From NCBI GenBank assembly GCA_964016885.1, contig OZ024740.1, positions 209,436,001 through 209,500,000 of the forward strand: a stretch of DNA of 64,000 nt, read 5' to 3'. This document shows, in pieces, positions 49,763 through 60,090 of the stretch. The notes under the pieces were generated by a model. It did not search any database and had not been told where the DNA came from. It was given only the letters and a program-made list of their open reading frames with translations. The position numbers were made by a program, and so were the translations under genes. The stretch's first letter is position 1. Each line of letters opens with the position of its first letter. The stretch comes from Eledone cirrhosa (Eukaryota).

Positions 49763-50102
49763 ATCATCATCATTTCATTTTACGTCAACTTTTTCCCTGC
49801 TTGCAAGGGTGGGATGGGAACTGATGCTGGCTTGATTTCTACAGCTGGATGCCCTTCCTAACACCAACCTCATTTACAGTGAGTGCTGGGTGCTTTTTTT
49901 GCCATGGCACCTCCACGACCACTTTGCAATGGAATGATATGGACCTCAGTCCCTATCATCTCCTTTATACAGCTGAGTAAACTGGAACAATATGAAATAA
50001 AGTGTCTTGCTCAAGGAAACAACACATCACCCGGTCAGAGAATTGAACTCACAACCTTTCGATTGCAAGGCCAATGCTCTAACCACTAAGCCATGTGCCT
50101 CC
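49763..50102 (-). mobile_element. SINE family C, full length, inverted relative to 49232
   Basis: Reverse complement of the 49232 copy with scattered mismatches. Confidence 0.93.
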
Positions 50103-50262
<160 letters not shown>

Positions 50263-50589
50263 ATACCCAGCTCTCTCTTCTAATTGCTTACACAATTCTG
50301 GTTTATTCTGATAGTATTTAAATTATATAGTCTTATGATATTATCATGTGTATACAAAGTAGTGTGACCAGTTTCCAGATTTGTTTTTCATCTCATCTCA
50401 TTTACTATTTATTTTAATTGCGGATATTTCCCAATATCTGCATAAATTTGAAATAATATGTATATTTACCAGCATAGAAAGTGGACATAAAATGATGATG
50501 AGGATGAGGATGAGAATGATATGTGTATGTTGTGTGTGCATGTACATGGCAGATGTACAGAAGAAGTAAGCACTAAGAGCACACGGGAA

Positions 50590-51025
50590 ATTGATTCCCT
50601 CAGCTGCAATGGAGCCTCCCTTAGAAGGTGTTGACAGCTTTTGTTACTTAGGTAACCTAATCAGCAGAGGGGGAGGATGTTCTGATAATGTGACAACCAG
50701 GAAAAGAAAAGACTGGAAGAAGTTTAGGGAGTTGTTACCTCTGACAACAAAGGGCTTCTCTCTCAGAATGGAGGGTAGACTGTATGATGTCTGTGTAAAC
50801 TGCAATGTTATGGTAATGAAACATGAGCCTTGACTACAGAAGACCTGAGAAGGCTGGAAAGAAATGAAACAAGTATGCTCTAATGGATGTGTAATGTTAG
50901 TGTGCATGAATAATGCAGCATAAGCAAGCCGAGAGAAAAACTTGGTACAAAAGGAATTGGATGTAGCGTGCAAGACAGAAGATTGCGTTGGTATGGATAT
51001 GTGATCTTTATGGAAGATAACTATA
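50590..51025 (+). mobile_element. older RTE LINE remnant related to 41825-42883
   Basis: VDSFCYLGNLISRGGGCS..WKKFRELLPL..GFSLRMEGRLYD..RLERNE..RLRWYGYV, with stops. Confidence 0.88.
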
Positions 51026-51029
51026 TAAA

Positions 51030-51455
51030 ATAATTGTCTCTACTTTTGACACAAGGCCAGCAATTACCCCAGTGCATTACTGGTACTTTATTTTATCGAC
51101 CCTGTAAGGATGAAAGGAAAAGTTAGCTTCGGCGGGATTATAAAATAATTGTTTCTACTTTTGGCACAAGGCCAGCAATTATCCCAGTGCATTACTGGTA
51201 CTTTATTTTATCAACCCCGTAAGGATGAAAGGCAAAGTTAACCTCGGCGGGATTTGAACTCAGACCATAAAGGGCCGTAACTCTTTGCTGCAAAGCTTGG
51301 CGTCCGACCCTCTACCGATACTGCCAATCCACAAAATAATTGTTTCTACGTTAGGCACAAGGCCAGCAAATTACCCAGTGCATTACTGGTACTTTATTTT
51401 ATCGACTCCGTAAGGATGAAAGGCAAAGTCAACCTCGGCGGGATTTGAACTCAAA
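51030..51455 (-). mobile_element. three stacked SINE family A copies
   Basis: Copies at ~51030-51139, 51148-51330 and 51339-51455, each bounded by aaaataat. Confidence 0.9.
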
Positions 51456-51775
51456 CAAAATAATGCAGAGATCTCAGTACCCTATCTGACCCCAACTCAT
51501 ACTAGAGCAAGGGAGCGAGGGTTGATAGGGTGTCTCTGCCTATTCACTACTGCATGGACATCTAAAATCCTTAGTGAAAGCATGATACATGCTACTAAGT
51601 CATCCTCGATTGCTAGTGCTGGCTGTAGTTTTTATAAGCTAAATATATTTAAATGTGGACATAGGTTAGATGAAACCTTTTAGATGTAGTATTCCATAGC
51701 TGGATGCCCTTCCTCCAATCCACACAATGTAACACAATTTACCTTTGTGTAAATCTTCATGTTGACAGTGTTTAA

Positions 51776-51972
51776 CCCTCTAGCATTTAAACTGGCCGCA
51801 TCAGGCCAGAATTCTCCCACATCTTTCTGTTCAAACCAGTCATAACTGACTGCTCATATGATGTTAAGGTATTGTTCTCAAAATAGATATCAAAATCTTG
51901 TAGATTCAATATCATAAAGCCTTTACTGTGAATATACAATAGTAAACATAGAGTAGTGTAAATGCTAAAGGG
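51776..51972 (+). mobile_element. TTAA MITE family 1
   Basis: TTAA flanks and TIRs. Confidence 0.9.
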
Positions 51973-52689
51973 TTAAGCAAATGGTGCTGTTTGTTTATGT
52001 CCTGCAGGTCGAAGATGATAGTGGAATAAGTACCATACTTATAAAGACAGGCATGGTGGCTATAGCAAAAGAAATTATATGGTGGACACAACTGAAAAGT
52101 CTGAGGACAGACACTTTCCTCTTCAGTTAAATCCTCATCAACTTTGTCAAGTTCCACTTGTAGAGGAAAGTGGTATAGGTGCTGCTCTCCAGTAAATTTG
52201 TTGAAGGGTGGGTGGGAGTGATAAGCATAACCCTAGTCATTTAACCTATTTTAGCATGTACCTGTTGGCCAAGGAATACAGTTGAATGAGGGAGTTAATA
52301 AAATAAAGTACCAGTCAAATACTTAGTCTTAGTTTTAAGTCCTGCACTGGATAGCTTATTGGGTAACAAACTTCCTCCACTGCACACAATCTACTGCTGA
52401 TCTTTTACATCTGTTCCAGGTAATGCTGATGGTCATCAGTCAAGTATTGGGGTCGATATAATCATCTTCCCTCTCCCCTAAATTGCTTGCCTTGTGCCTA
52501 AATTAGAAATCATTATTATCATTATTATTTTGGCCTTGTGCCAAAAGTAAAAAAAAAAGTAGAAACAATTATTATCATTATTATTGTGGTTGGTTTGAGT
52601 GAACGTATTTGCTTTTCTCTCCCTGTATTTTAGGGGTTACCATGTTCCTATTTCATGTCAAATGAAAATTGCTTTGGAATATTTTGTAT

Positions 52690-52980
52690 GAACCCATAAT
52701 GATATACGGTGTTTCTTGGACTTTTTTTTTACCCTGGCAGAGCCCATCTCTTGTCTAGATCTGAACACAGCCGATTTCTTCCAGAGAAAGAGAGAGAGTG
52801 ATAGAGATGAAGTGAGAAAGAGATATAGAGGAAGAATCAACTCCACTATTAGACTTGTACTTTTTCTATCAACCTTGAAAGGCAAAGTTGACCTTGGCGG
52901 GATTTGAAATCAGAGCACAGAGAGCAGAACAAATATTCCAAATCATTCTATCCAATTTTCTAATGACTCTGCTAATTTGG
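52690..52980 (-). mobile_element. SINE family B
   Basis: Head, B-box, central block and tail on the reverse strand. Confidence 0.78.
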
Positions 52981-53519
52981 AATATTTTATGTCTTGACCA
53001 TGTTTAATGGCCTTGATAATTTTATGCTGTAATATTTGTAAAGTTTTTCACTTACTTATTATTCACCATGGAGTTTTGTACTGGTGTAGCAGGAATAAGT
53101 AATCAACAGAGTGGTAGTTGCAGTAGTATAAACATACATCCACCAGTTGCAAACCTGTGAAAAATATATTGACACAGTTTTTTTATATAAAAAAAGAAAA
53201 AGACATTTATACCTCATGAAGAAAAAGACATTTATACCTCATGAAAACCAGGTGGTCTTTTTATATTCTCTAAAATGTCTGGGACAGCATTTTGTCTATT
53301 AACCACAGAAAGACTTAGGTAGACTTATGATAGAAACACAAGTTTGGAAAGACCATGTCATGAAAATTTCTCTTCTTACTGGAAGATTTTCTTGAAGAAC
53401 AGGAAAGAAGGCAGTTGGCATATTTATGCCTCACAAAATAGGAGGGTCTGTCGTGTTATATTCTCTAAAAGGTGTGGAACAGCATTTGGTCTATTAAAGA
53501 AAGCAAATGGTTAGTGTTC

Positions 53520-53978
53520 CAAGCCCGGAGGCTCATCAGACCAGTGCTTATCCTGGTTTCCTTGGTATTAAGCAGCTTAGTGTATACGACTCCCTGCTCC
53601 CTGGACAGGATGCTAATCCTTTGCAGGTTTAACCCCTAACTACTGCTGATACTCATTTTCAGCTGAGTAACCTAGAGCAATGGGAAATTAACATTTTAGC
53701 ATTTACATTACTCTATATTTACTATTGTATTTTCATGGTAAAGGTTTTATCTCACAATAATCTCACATAATATCGAATCTATGAGATTTTGATATTATTT
53801 ATGTTGAAAACAATACCTTACCATAAGTATGAGTGGCTCATTACAGCCGGTTTGAACAGAAAGAGGTGAGAGAATTCTGGCTAGATACGGCCGGTTTAAA
53901 TGCTAAAGGGTTAGTGTTTTTCTCAAGGACACAATGTATCACTTGATCCAACACCCTAACCATTAGGCTATGTGCCTT
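53520..53978 (-). mobile_element. old CORE-like SINE interrupted by a TTAA MITE
   Basis: Tail gaaaccaggataagcactggtctgatgagcc (similar to 47600-47770 on +); CORE block split at TTAA. Confidence 0.6.
53692..53910 (-). mobile_element. TTAA MITE family 1
   Basis: TIRs present; TTAA on the left, TTAG on the right. Confidence 0.88.
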
Positions 53979-55442
53979 TATTTTGTCTAATTAGCAAGGT
54001 AAGATGTATGATAATGTCTGTCTCTGCTTTTCATTTATCCAAGGTTAATAAAATAATTCCTAGTCAACTACTGGGATCGATTAAATTGACATACAGCCTT
54101 TCCCCCAACATTTGTGGTTTTGTGCCAAACTTAGAAACTTTCCAACCCTTGGTGAGGCGATGAAATAAGTACCAGTGAAGCAATAGGAAATGGTTCAATT
54201 GACTACCTACTTCTTTTACAAAATGTTCTGGCTTTGTGCCAGAGTTAGAAATGTTTCATCCCAGTTATAGGGAGTGGTGTGGAGTAAGTATCAGTCAAGT
54301 ACTGACTTGGTGATGGTTAATGTGACTACTTCACTTCTCACAAATGTGCCAAAATTAGATATCAGTTATTATTCTTATAAAAGACTATAAAAATGTTTTA
54401 TGTGAGAAATGTAAACACAATTATTATAAATCTTTTCATTTATTAATATACATTTTACATATTAGATTGGAAGCAATAACTAACTGGGTTAGAAAGCAAC
54501 AAAATGAAATGATATTTGAATTGTTGGTAGGGTTACTTCATAAGCTCCAAGAATAAATTATGCCATTGTTCATAGTTGTACATTTTCAGATTCTACAAGA
54601 ATAATAATAAAATAGCCAAATTATCAATAAGATGCCAATTTTTATTATTTCGTTCATTTACTGGTTTCAGTCAATAGACTGCAGCCATACTGAGTTCAAA
54701 TCCTGCCATGATCAACTTTTTGTTTCATCCTTCCAGGAGTTGATAAAATAAAGTACTAATTAATTACTGGTTGTAAGGACTGATCTGAAATCACTGAAGC
54801 TCACAGAGGAGATAATGAAGGATCATATTGCATCATGTGGACAAATGCTATGCTTGAAAAAACCCATCCAACCCATCCAACCATGGAAAAATAGGTGTAA
54901 AACAGTGATGATGAGGATATAATTGCCTTCCCCCTCCTGCAAATTGATAATATTTTATTGAAAACTGTTTATTTTTTAATCAAATCTTGTAATCAATTGA
55001 AATATTTGGTGATTCATTGAATGAGAAAATCCTACTACACCCTCTGTAGGCATAGAGCTATTATGAACTAACTCCACAACAGTTATGTGATTTTTTTTTT
55101 CAGTTTTATAATTTTGTACATTAGATTCAATGTCAGTGCTTCACAGTTACCTTGCTGTTGCTGGTTATTGTAAGGTGGAGAATTTGAACTCAGAATGCAA
55201 AGAGATAAAAGAGATACCACAAGGCATCTTGTCAAATGCTGTAACAATTCTGCCAACCTCACTGCCTTAGACTGGTATTTTACTTATTTTGCCCACTCCA
55301 CTCTGGTTAAAAGATAAAGTTGACCTCAGCTGGATTTGAACTCAGAGTGCAGAGAGTTGGAAAGAAATATTGCATACCATTTTTTCTGAGGCTCTAACAA
55401 CTCTTGATTTTCCACCTTATTAGTAAATATTATTTCTCTTGA

Positions 55443-55748
55443 AATCCCGCCGAGGTTGACTTTGCCTTTCATCCTTACGGGGGTCGATAAAATAAAGTAC
55501 CAATAATGCACTGGGTAATTGCTGGCCTTGTGCCAAAAGTAGAAACAATTATTTCTCTTGATTTGGTGGATTGGCAGTAACGGTAGAGGGTCGGACACCA
55601 TGCTTTGACGCATAGAGTTTCGGTCCTTGCCATTCTGAGTTCAAATCCCGCCGAGGTTGACTTTGCCTTTCATCCTTACGGGGGTCGATAAAATAAAGTA
55701 CCAGTAATGCACTGGGTAATTGCTGGCCTTGTGCCAAAAGTAGAAACA
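55443..55748 (+). mobile_element. two tandem SINE family A copies (truncated + full)
   Basis: attatttctcttga occurs at 55429, 55548 and 55749. Confidence 0.92.
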
Positions 55749-55769
55749 ATTATTTCTCTTGATTTTGGG

Positions 55770-56140
55770 GTGGATCATCATCATTATCATCACCACCACC
55801 ACCACCACCACCTTCCTCACCTCCTCCTCCTTTTTATGTCTGTTTTTCCATGCTTGCATGAGATGGATGGGTCTTTTCCCAGAAGAGCTCTAGTCATTGG
55901 ATTCCTTTATCATCTCCTCTGTGATGTCCAGCATTTTGAGATCTCTCAATACTTCTGCCCAGGTTTTCCTTGGTTTTCTATTGCAGCTTTTTTCCACTGA
56001 AAAATTGTCTTCTCTATTACACACTACATTTAATTCATTCCTCTTATGCTCAGTTTCTCTCTCAGCTCATCCATGCTTCTTTGTTCATGCACATTGACAT
56101 CATATATTCATCTAAACATGCTCACTTCATTTCTCTCCAG
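55770..56140 (-). mobile_element. RTE LINE 3' remnant
   Basis: LERNEVSMF..ELREKL, GKPGQK, tail catgcaagcatggaaaaacagacataaa. Confidence 0.7.
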
Positions 56141-56223
56141 AAATTATAAACACAATTTTGACTGAATAACTACCATGGAATGATGCTCCAAAGCAATGAA
56201 GGTAGAAAATTGTATATCTAGAG

Positions 56224-56404
56224 CAGGGATGGTAAACTATTTTACTACCAGGGGCTAGGGTGGCAAACTATTTTAGTACTAGGTGCTTGGGTGTCAAATC
56301 GTTTTAGTACAAGACGCTGGGTTGGCAAACTATTTTAGTACCAGAGGCTAGGGTGTCAAATTATTTTAGTTCCAGAGGTTGGGGTGGAAAACTGTTTTAG
56401 TACT
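56224..56404 (+). repeat. ~31-bp tandem repeat, ~6 diverged copies
   Basis: Unit gggtggcaaactattttagtaccagaggcta. Confidence 0.85.
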
Positions 56405-56857
56405 AAAGACAAGTACATAAAACACTGTAGTGATATAATTTTGCTGGAAAAAAAATTCAAATTTTGAACCTATTTCATAACGACCCATCTAAAACTGCTC
56501 TGGTACTATGATACAAAACTGCTAATTTTAAATGGTTCATATTTATATCAAAACCTCTCATCATAATTTTATTTAAGAAATTTTTGTCAAGTAATGTTCT
56601 AAGCTTTAGATTAATATTGAGGGCTTACTGAATTCTTACATATCTTTGATTAATTTTAAAAATTAATTGAAACACATTAGCTATTTTTTCATTAGAAATA
56701 TAGTAACAAATGGAATAGTTTTATTAATTCATAGGTAAGCATTTTTTTGGTCCTTATAGATTTTTAAAGAAATGTCATTGGGCAGTTTCAAATTTGAATG
56801 TAGACAGAGAGTTACCTCTGATCTAGAGGGTCTAATCTTGGAATTAGCCTATATATA

Positions 56858-57068
56858 CCGTACATACTTGAATATAAGCTAAGGAATATGTGACCAAAAA
56901 GAAAAAATAAATCAATGGTAAAATGGGGGTGGGGGTCGGCTTATATTCACAGTCAATATTTTGAAGATTTTCACCAACTTATAAATGGGGTTTGGATTTT
57001 TGCCCATTTCTCAGACATGAAATAGCATTGACTTATATTCAGATCAGCTTGTATTTGAGTATATACAG
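56858..57068 (+). mobile_element. pogo/Tc2-type MITE
   Basis: TA|CCGTACATACTTGAATATAAGC ... GCTTGTATTTGAGTATATACAG|TA; related copies at 59284-59462 (reverse), 59900-60090 and partial ~23240-23350. Confidence 0.78.
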
Positions 57069-57117
57069 TAATTCTAGTGTTAAAATAAACAAACATGATT
57101 TGTTGTAATTTAATTAA

Positions 57118-57529
57118 CCCTTTAGGATACCAAACCACCTGAACCTGCTTCTGGTTTTATGATATATATCTGTTTTAAAATGTTTATATTTATCTTTTAA
57201 AAAAACCTTCCACTGTAATTTTATTTAAGAAGTTTTGTTATATTCCAAATACCAGCTCAATAATTGTTTCTATTTTAGGCACAAGGCCGCAATTATCCAG
57301 TACATTACTGGTACTTTATTTTATCGACCCCCGTAAGGATGAAAGGCAAAGTTAACCTCGGCGGGATTTGAACTCAGAATGGCAAGGGCCGTAACTCTAT
57401 GCGCCAAAGCATGCAGCTCAATAATGAGAGTTAGCTATACTACTAAATCCTTTCAAATTCTTCCTTATTTTCAAGATTATTTAAAAACCATAGGCAATGT
57501 CTTTCATTAGAAATATGGTAATGAAAGGG
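57118..57529 (+). mobile_element. TTAA/piggyBac-type MITE family 2 with nested SINE
   Basis: TTAA|CCCTTTAGGATACC ... GGTAATGAAAGGG|TTAA; diverged relatives at ~18230-18468, 29331-29550, 33694-34060, 44180-44390 and 56480-56715. Confidence 0.82.
57265..57413 (-). mobile_element. 5'-truncated SINE family A with 12-bp TSD
   Basis: cagctcaataat at 57253-57264 and 57414-57425. Confidence 0.9.
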
Positions 57530-58144
57530 TTAAACCTTCATTGAGTAGACTTGTGGTCAAAAGCATTCCTAGCATGACCACTCAATTCTATTTATACTAC
57601 AGATTGTGTGTCCTACTCTACATTATGCAATGTACTCTTCTTTTATTTATATAATAGGTTGTACTTTGAGGAATATTTTGTTACCATTTCTAGCAATTCA
57701 AGTAATCATGTGGAACCTTCCTCACAAATGTTTTTGTTTTCTGATCATAGAAGAAAATGTCAAGTTTCCTAGTTAGTGAACATGTATTGAATGTTTTAGT
57801 GGAGTGTGTGTGCAATCATTGAAAATAGACATTAAATAGTGATTGATAATAATGATATACACACATGAACATCACTAAACCTCTCTCCATACATTCATTA
57901 CAAGATGATTTGCTTTTTGTGTATTTTTGTAAGTTGAATTCTTGTTTCAGCTAACATAGAATACTCACCACTTATATTAAATATTATCATTATTGTTTTA
58001 ATAAATCCCTTTAGATCAATATGTTTAACGTGCCATTTTCTCTTTCTATTGATCTACCTTTTGTTTCATTTCTTTTCATTGTTTGTTTTAAACTGTTCTT
58101 ATTGAGTTTGGTCTCTTTTCTCTTTTTACGGTACTTTCTATTAG

Positions 58145-58157
58145 CTGTGACAGTTGG
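58145..58157 (+). other. candidate 13-nt microexon
   Basis: ~120-nt pyrimidine-rich tract, TTAG|CTGTGACAGTTGG|GTAAGC. Confidence 0.3.
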
Positions 58158-59283
58158 GTAAGCAGATAAGTACTGGCCATTTTATAAAGCTGAATAAGAG
58201 CTATCCCATACTGATGCTATTTGGCTTTGCAAGACTTTGAAAGAATTCCTGATTGACTATCCAATATTGAGTGATCCAGTATAAGGGGGAAAATGGGTCA
58301 AGCAAACACACATACCTATGCAAACAATATTGATATGAAACTGCTATGGGTAGGTGCTGAGAATTATGTCATTGCTAGTACTTAGTGACTGTTGCATGCC
58401 ACCAAGAAAAGTAGATTTTCTCACTGTTATTATAGCTACCCCTATTTATTGTAATATGTTAGTCTTGTTGTTGTTGTTGTTTTTAATGTTGTCTTTAATC
58501 AACTATACTGTTGTCAATGGTTATTATTATTATTTTTTTTTTGCTGTGAATAATTTATTTTTAATTTTTAATGTGTCGCATGTCAGCAATTCTGGAACAA
58601 TCCAACCTTAGGAACATCGGTAGAATCTCAGGTTACCAAATGACAAGAAAAAAAAAATGATCCATGTGTTTCTCTTGTTAAATAAAAAAAAACAGGACAG
58701 GAATAGAATAAAAAAGTTAAAATAATACAAAGGGGAAGGGATTTACTAAATATGAACATGAAATAATTAAATGTTTGAAAATATCTAAATAAGAACTTTC
58801 CAAATTTGTCACATTGGTGACACATTTCTTTTTTAGAAATATTTTTTTTGTTTGTAATGTATCAAGTTTTGTTAGCGATACAAAATTGACAAAATGAGTA
58901 GATAAGCAATAATTGAATATCATATCACATGTTACCAGATCTCAAAAATCTTACACAACCAAATATTTGTAAAAATTAATCAGGTTTTACCCAGTTGGGA
59001 AATCTTTGAATAAAATTATAAATACAAATAAAAGAGAAAGGAACTGATCATCAGATCAATCCACAGAAACAATCTTTCTATTACTGATACCATACCACCT
59101 GTCAGTTACAATTGTTGATAGGAGGCAGAATTTGGACTTGGTATGTACAGAGTCAGATCAATAATCAATACTACAAAGCATCCCATTCAACTCTTTAATA
59201 ATTCTACTAATCCACTGTCCCTGGATTGGCACTACTTTATTTATCAACTGTGAAAGGTGGAAAGGTAATAGGATTTGAACTTA

Positions 59284-59462
59284 CTGTATATACTCAAACA
59301 TAAGCCGGCTCCAATATTTTATGTCTGAGAAATGGGCAAAAATCCAAACCTTATTTCTATAGAATTTGAAGTTGGTGAAAATTATCAAAATATTGACTCC
59401 TGTCTACCATCAATTTTTTTTTTTTTTGCTTACATATTCCTCGGCTTATATTCGAGTATATA
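59284..59462 (-). mobile_element. pogo/Tc2-type MITE
   Basis: TA|CTGTATATACTCAAACATAAGCCG ... CGGCTTATATTCGAGTATAT. Confidence 0.72.
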
Positions 59463-59899
59463 TTATTAGAGTGCAGAACAAATATTGATGCAATTAATCT
59501 TAACAAATCTGCCATTTATAAGTGAAAATAAACTAAAACCTCAGAGACAAACAAATAATGAGTTGTCTTAAACTAAATGATGAGGTTGTTTCAGTCCGTA
59601 AAGGATTGAAATGCTACAAGTTGGTGATTTTCCTCACCTTTGCTGATAAAACATTCAAATCAATTGATATGCACGTCTGTTAGTGTTATAATAATTGTAT
59701 ATCTGTATGAACGAAGGTAAAACCAAAGTATTCACTAGACGTAATTTTGATCTACCAACAAGATCACTACAATGAGACTCTGTATATACAGTCTACTGAC
59801 AGTTCACTTCAGTTATTACTTATAGACATTTTGCCTAGTCCACTTTTAGTTATGCGGGGATGTTCAGGGTTTTTCCTTACAACAGCTAGTTTTAAGACA

Positions 59900-60090
59900 C
59901 CATAAATACTTGAATATACGTTGTGGATTATGTGACCCAAAAAATTGATGGTAAAATGGGCGGTTGGCTTATATATGTCATATAAACAATGTGTTGATTA
60001 GCTGCCTTGCTTTTTAAATGGGATTTGGATTTTTGTCTATTTATCAAGCATAAAATAGGGGAGGGGTGGCTTACATTCGAGTATATACGG
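59900..60090 (+). mobile_element. pogo/Tc2-type MITE
   Basis: Ends GGCTTACATTCGAGTATATACGG|TA. Confidence 0.7.
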
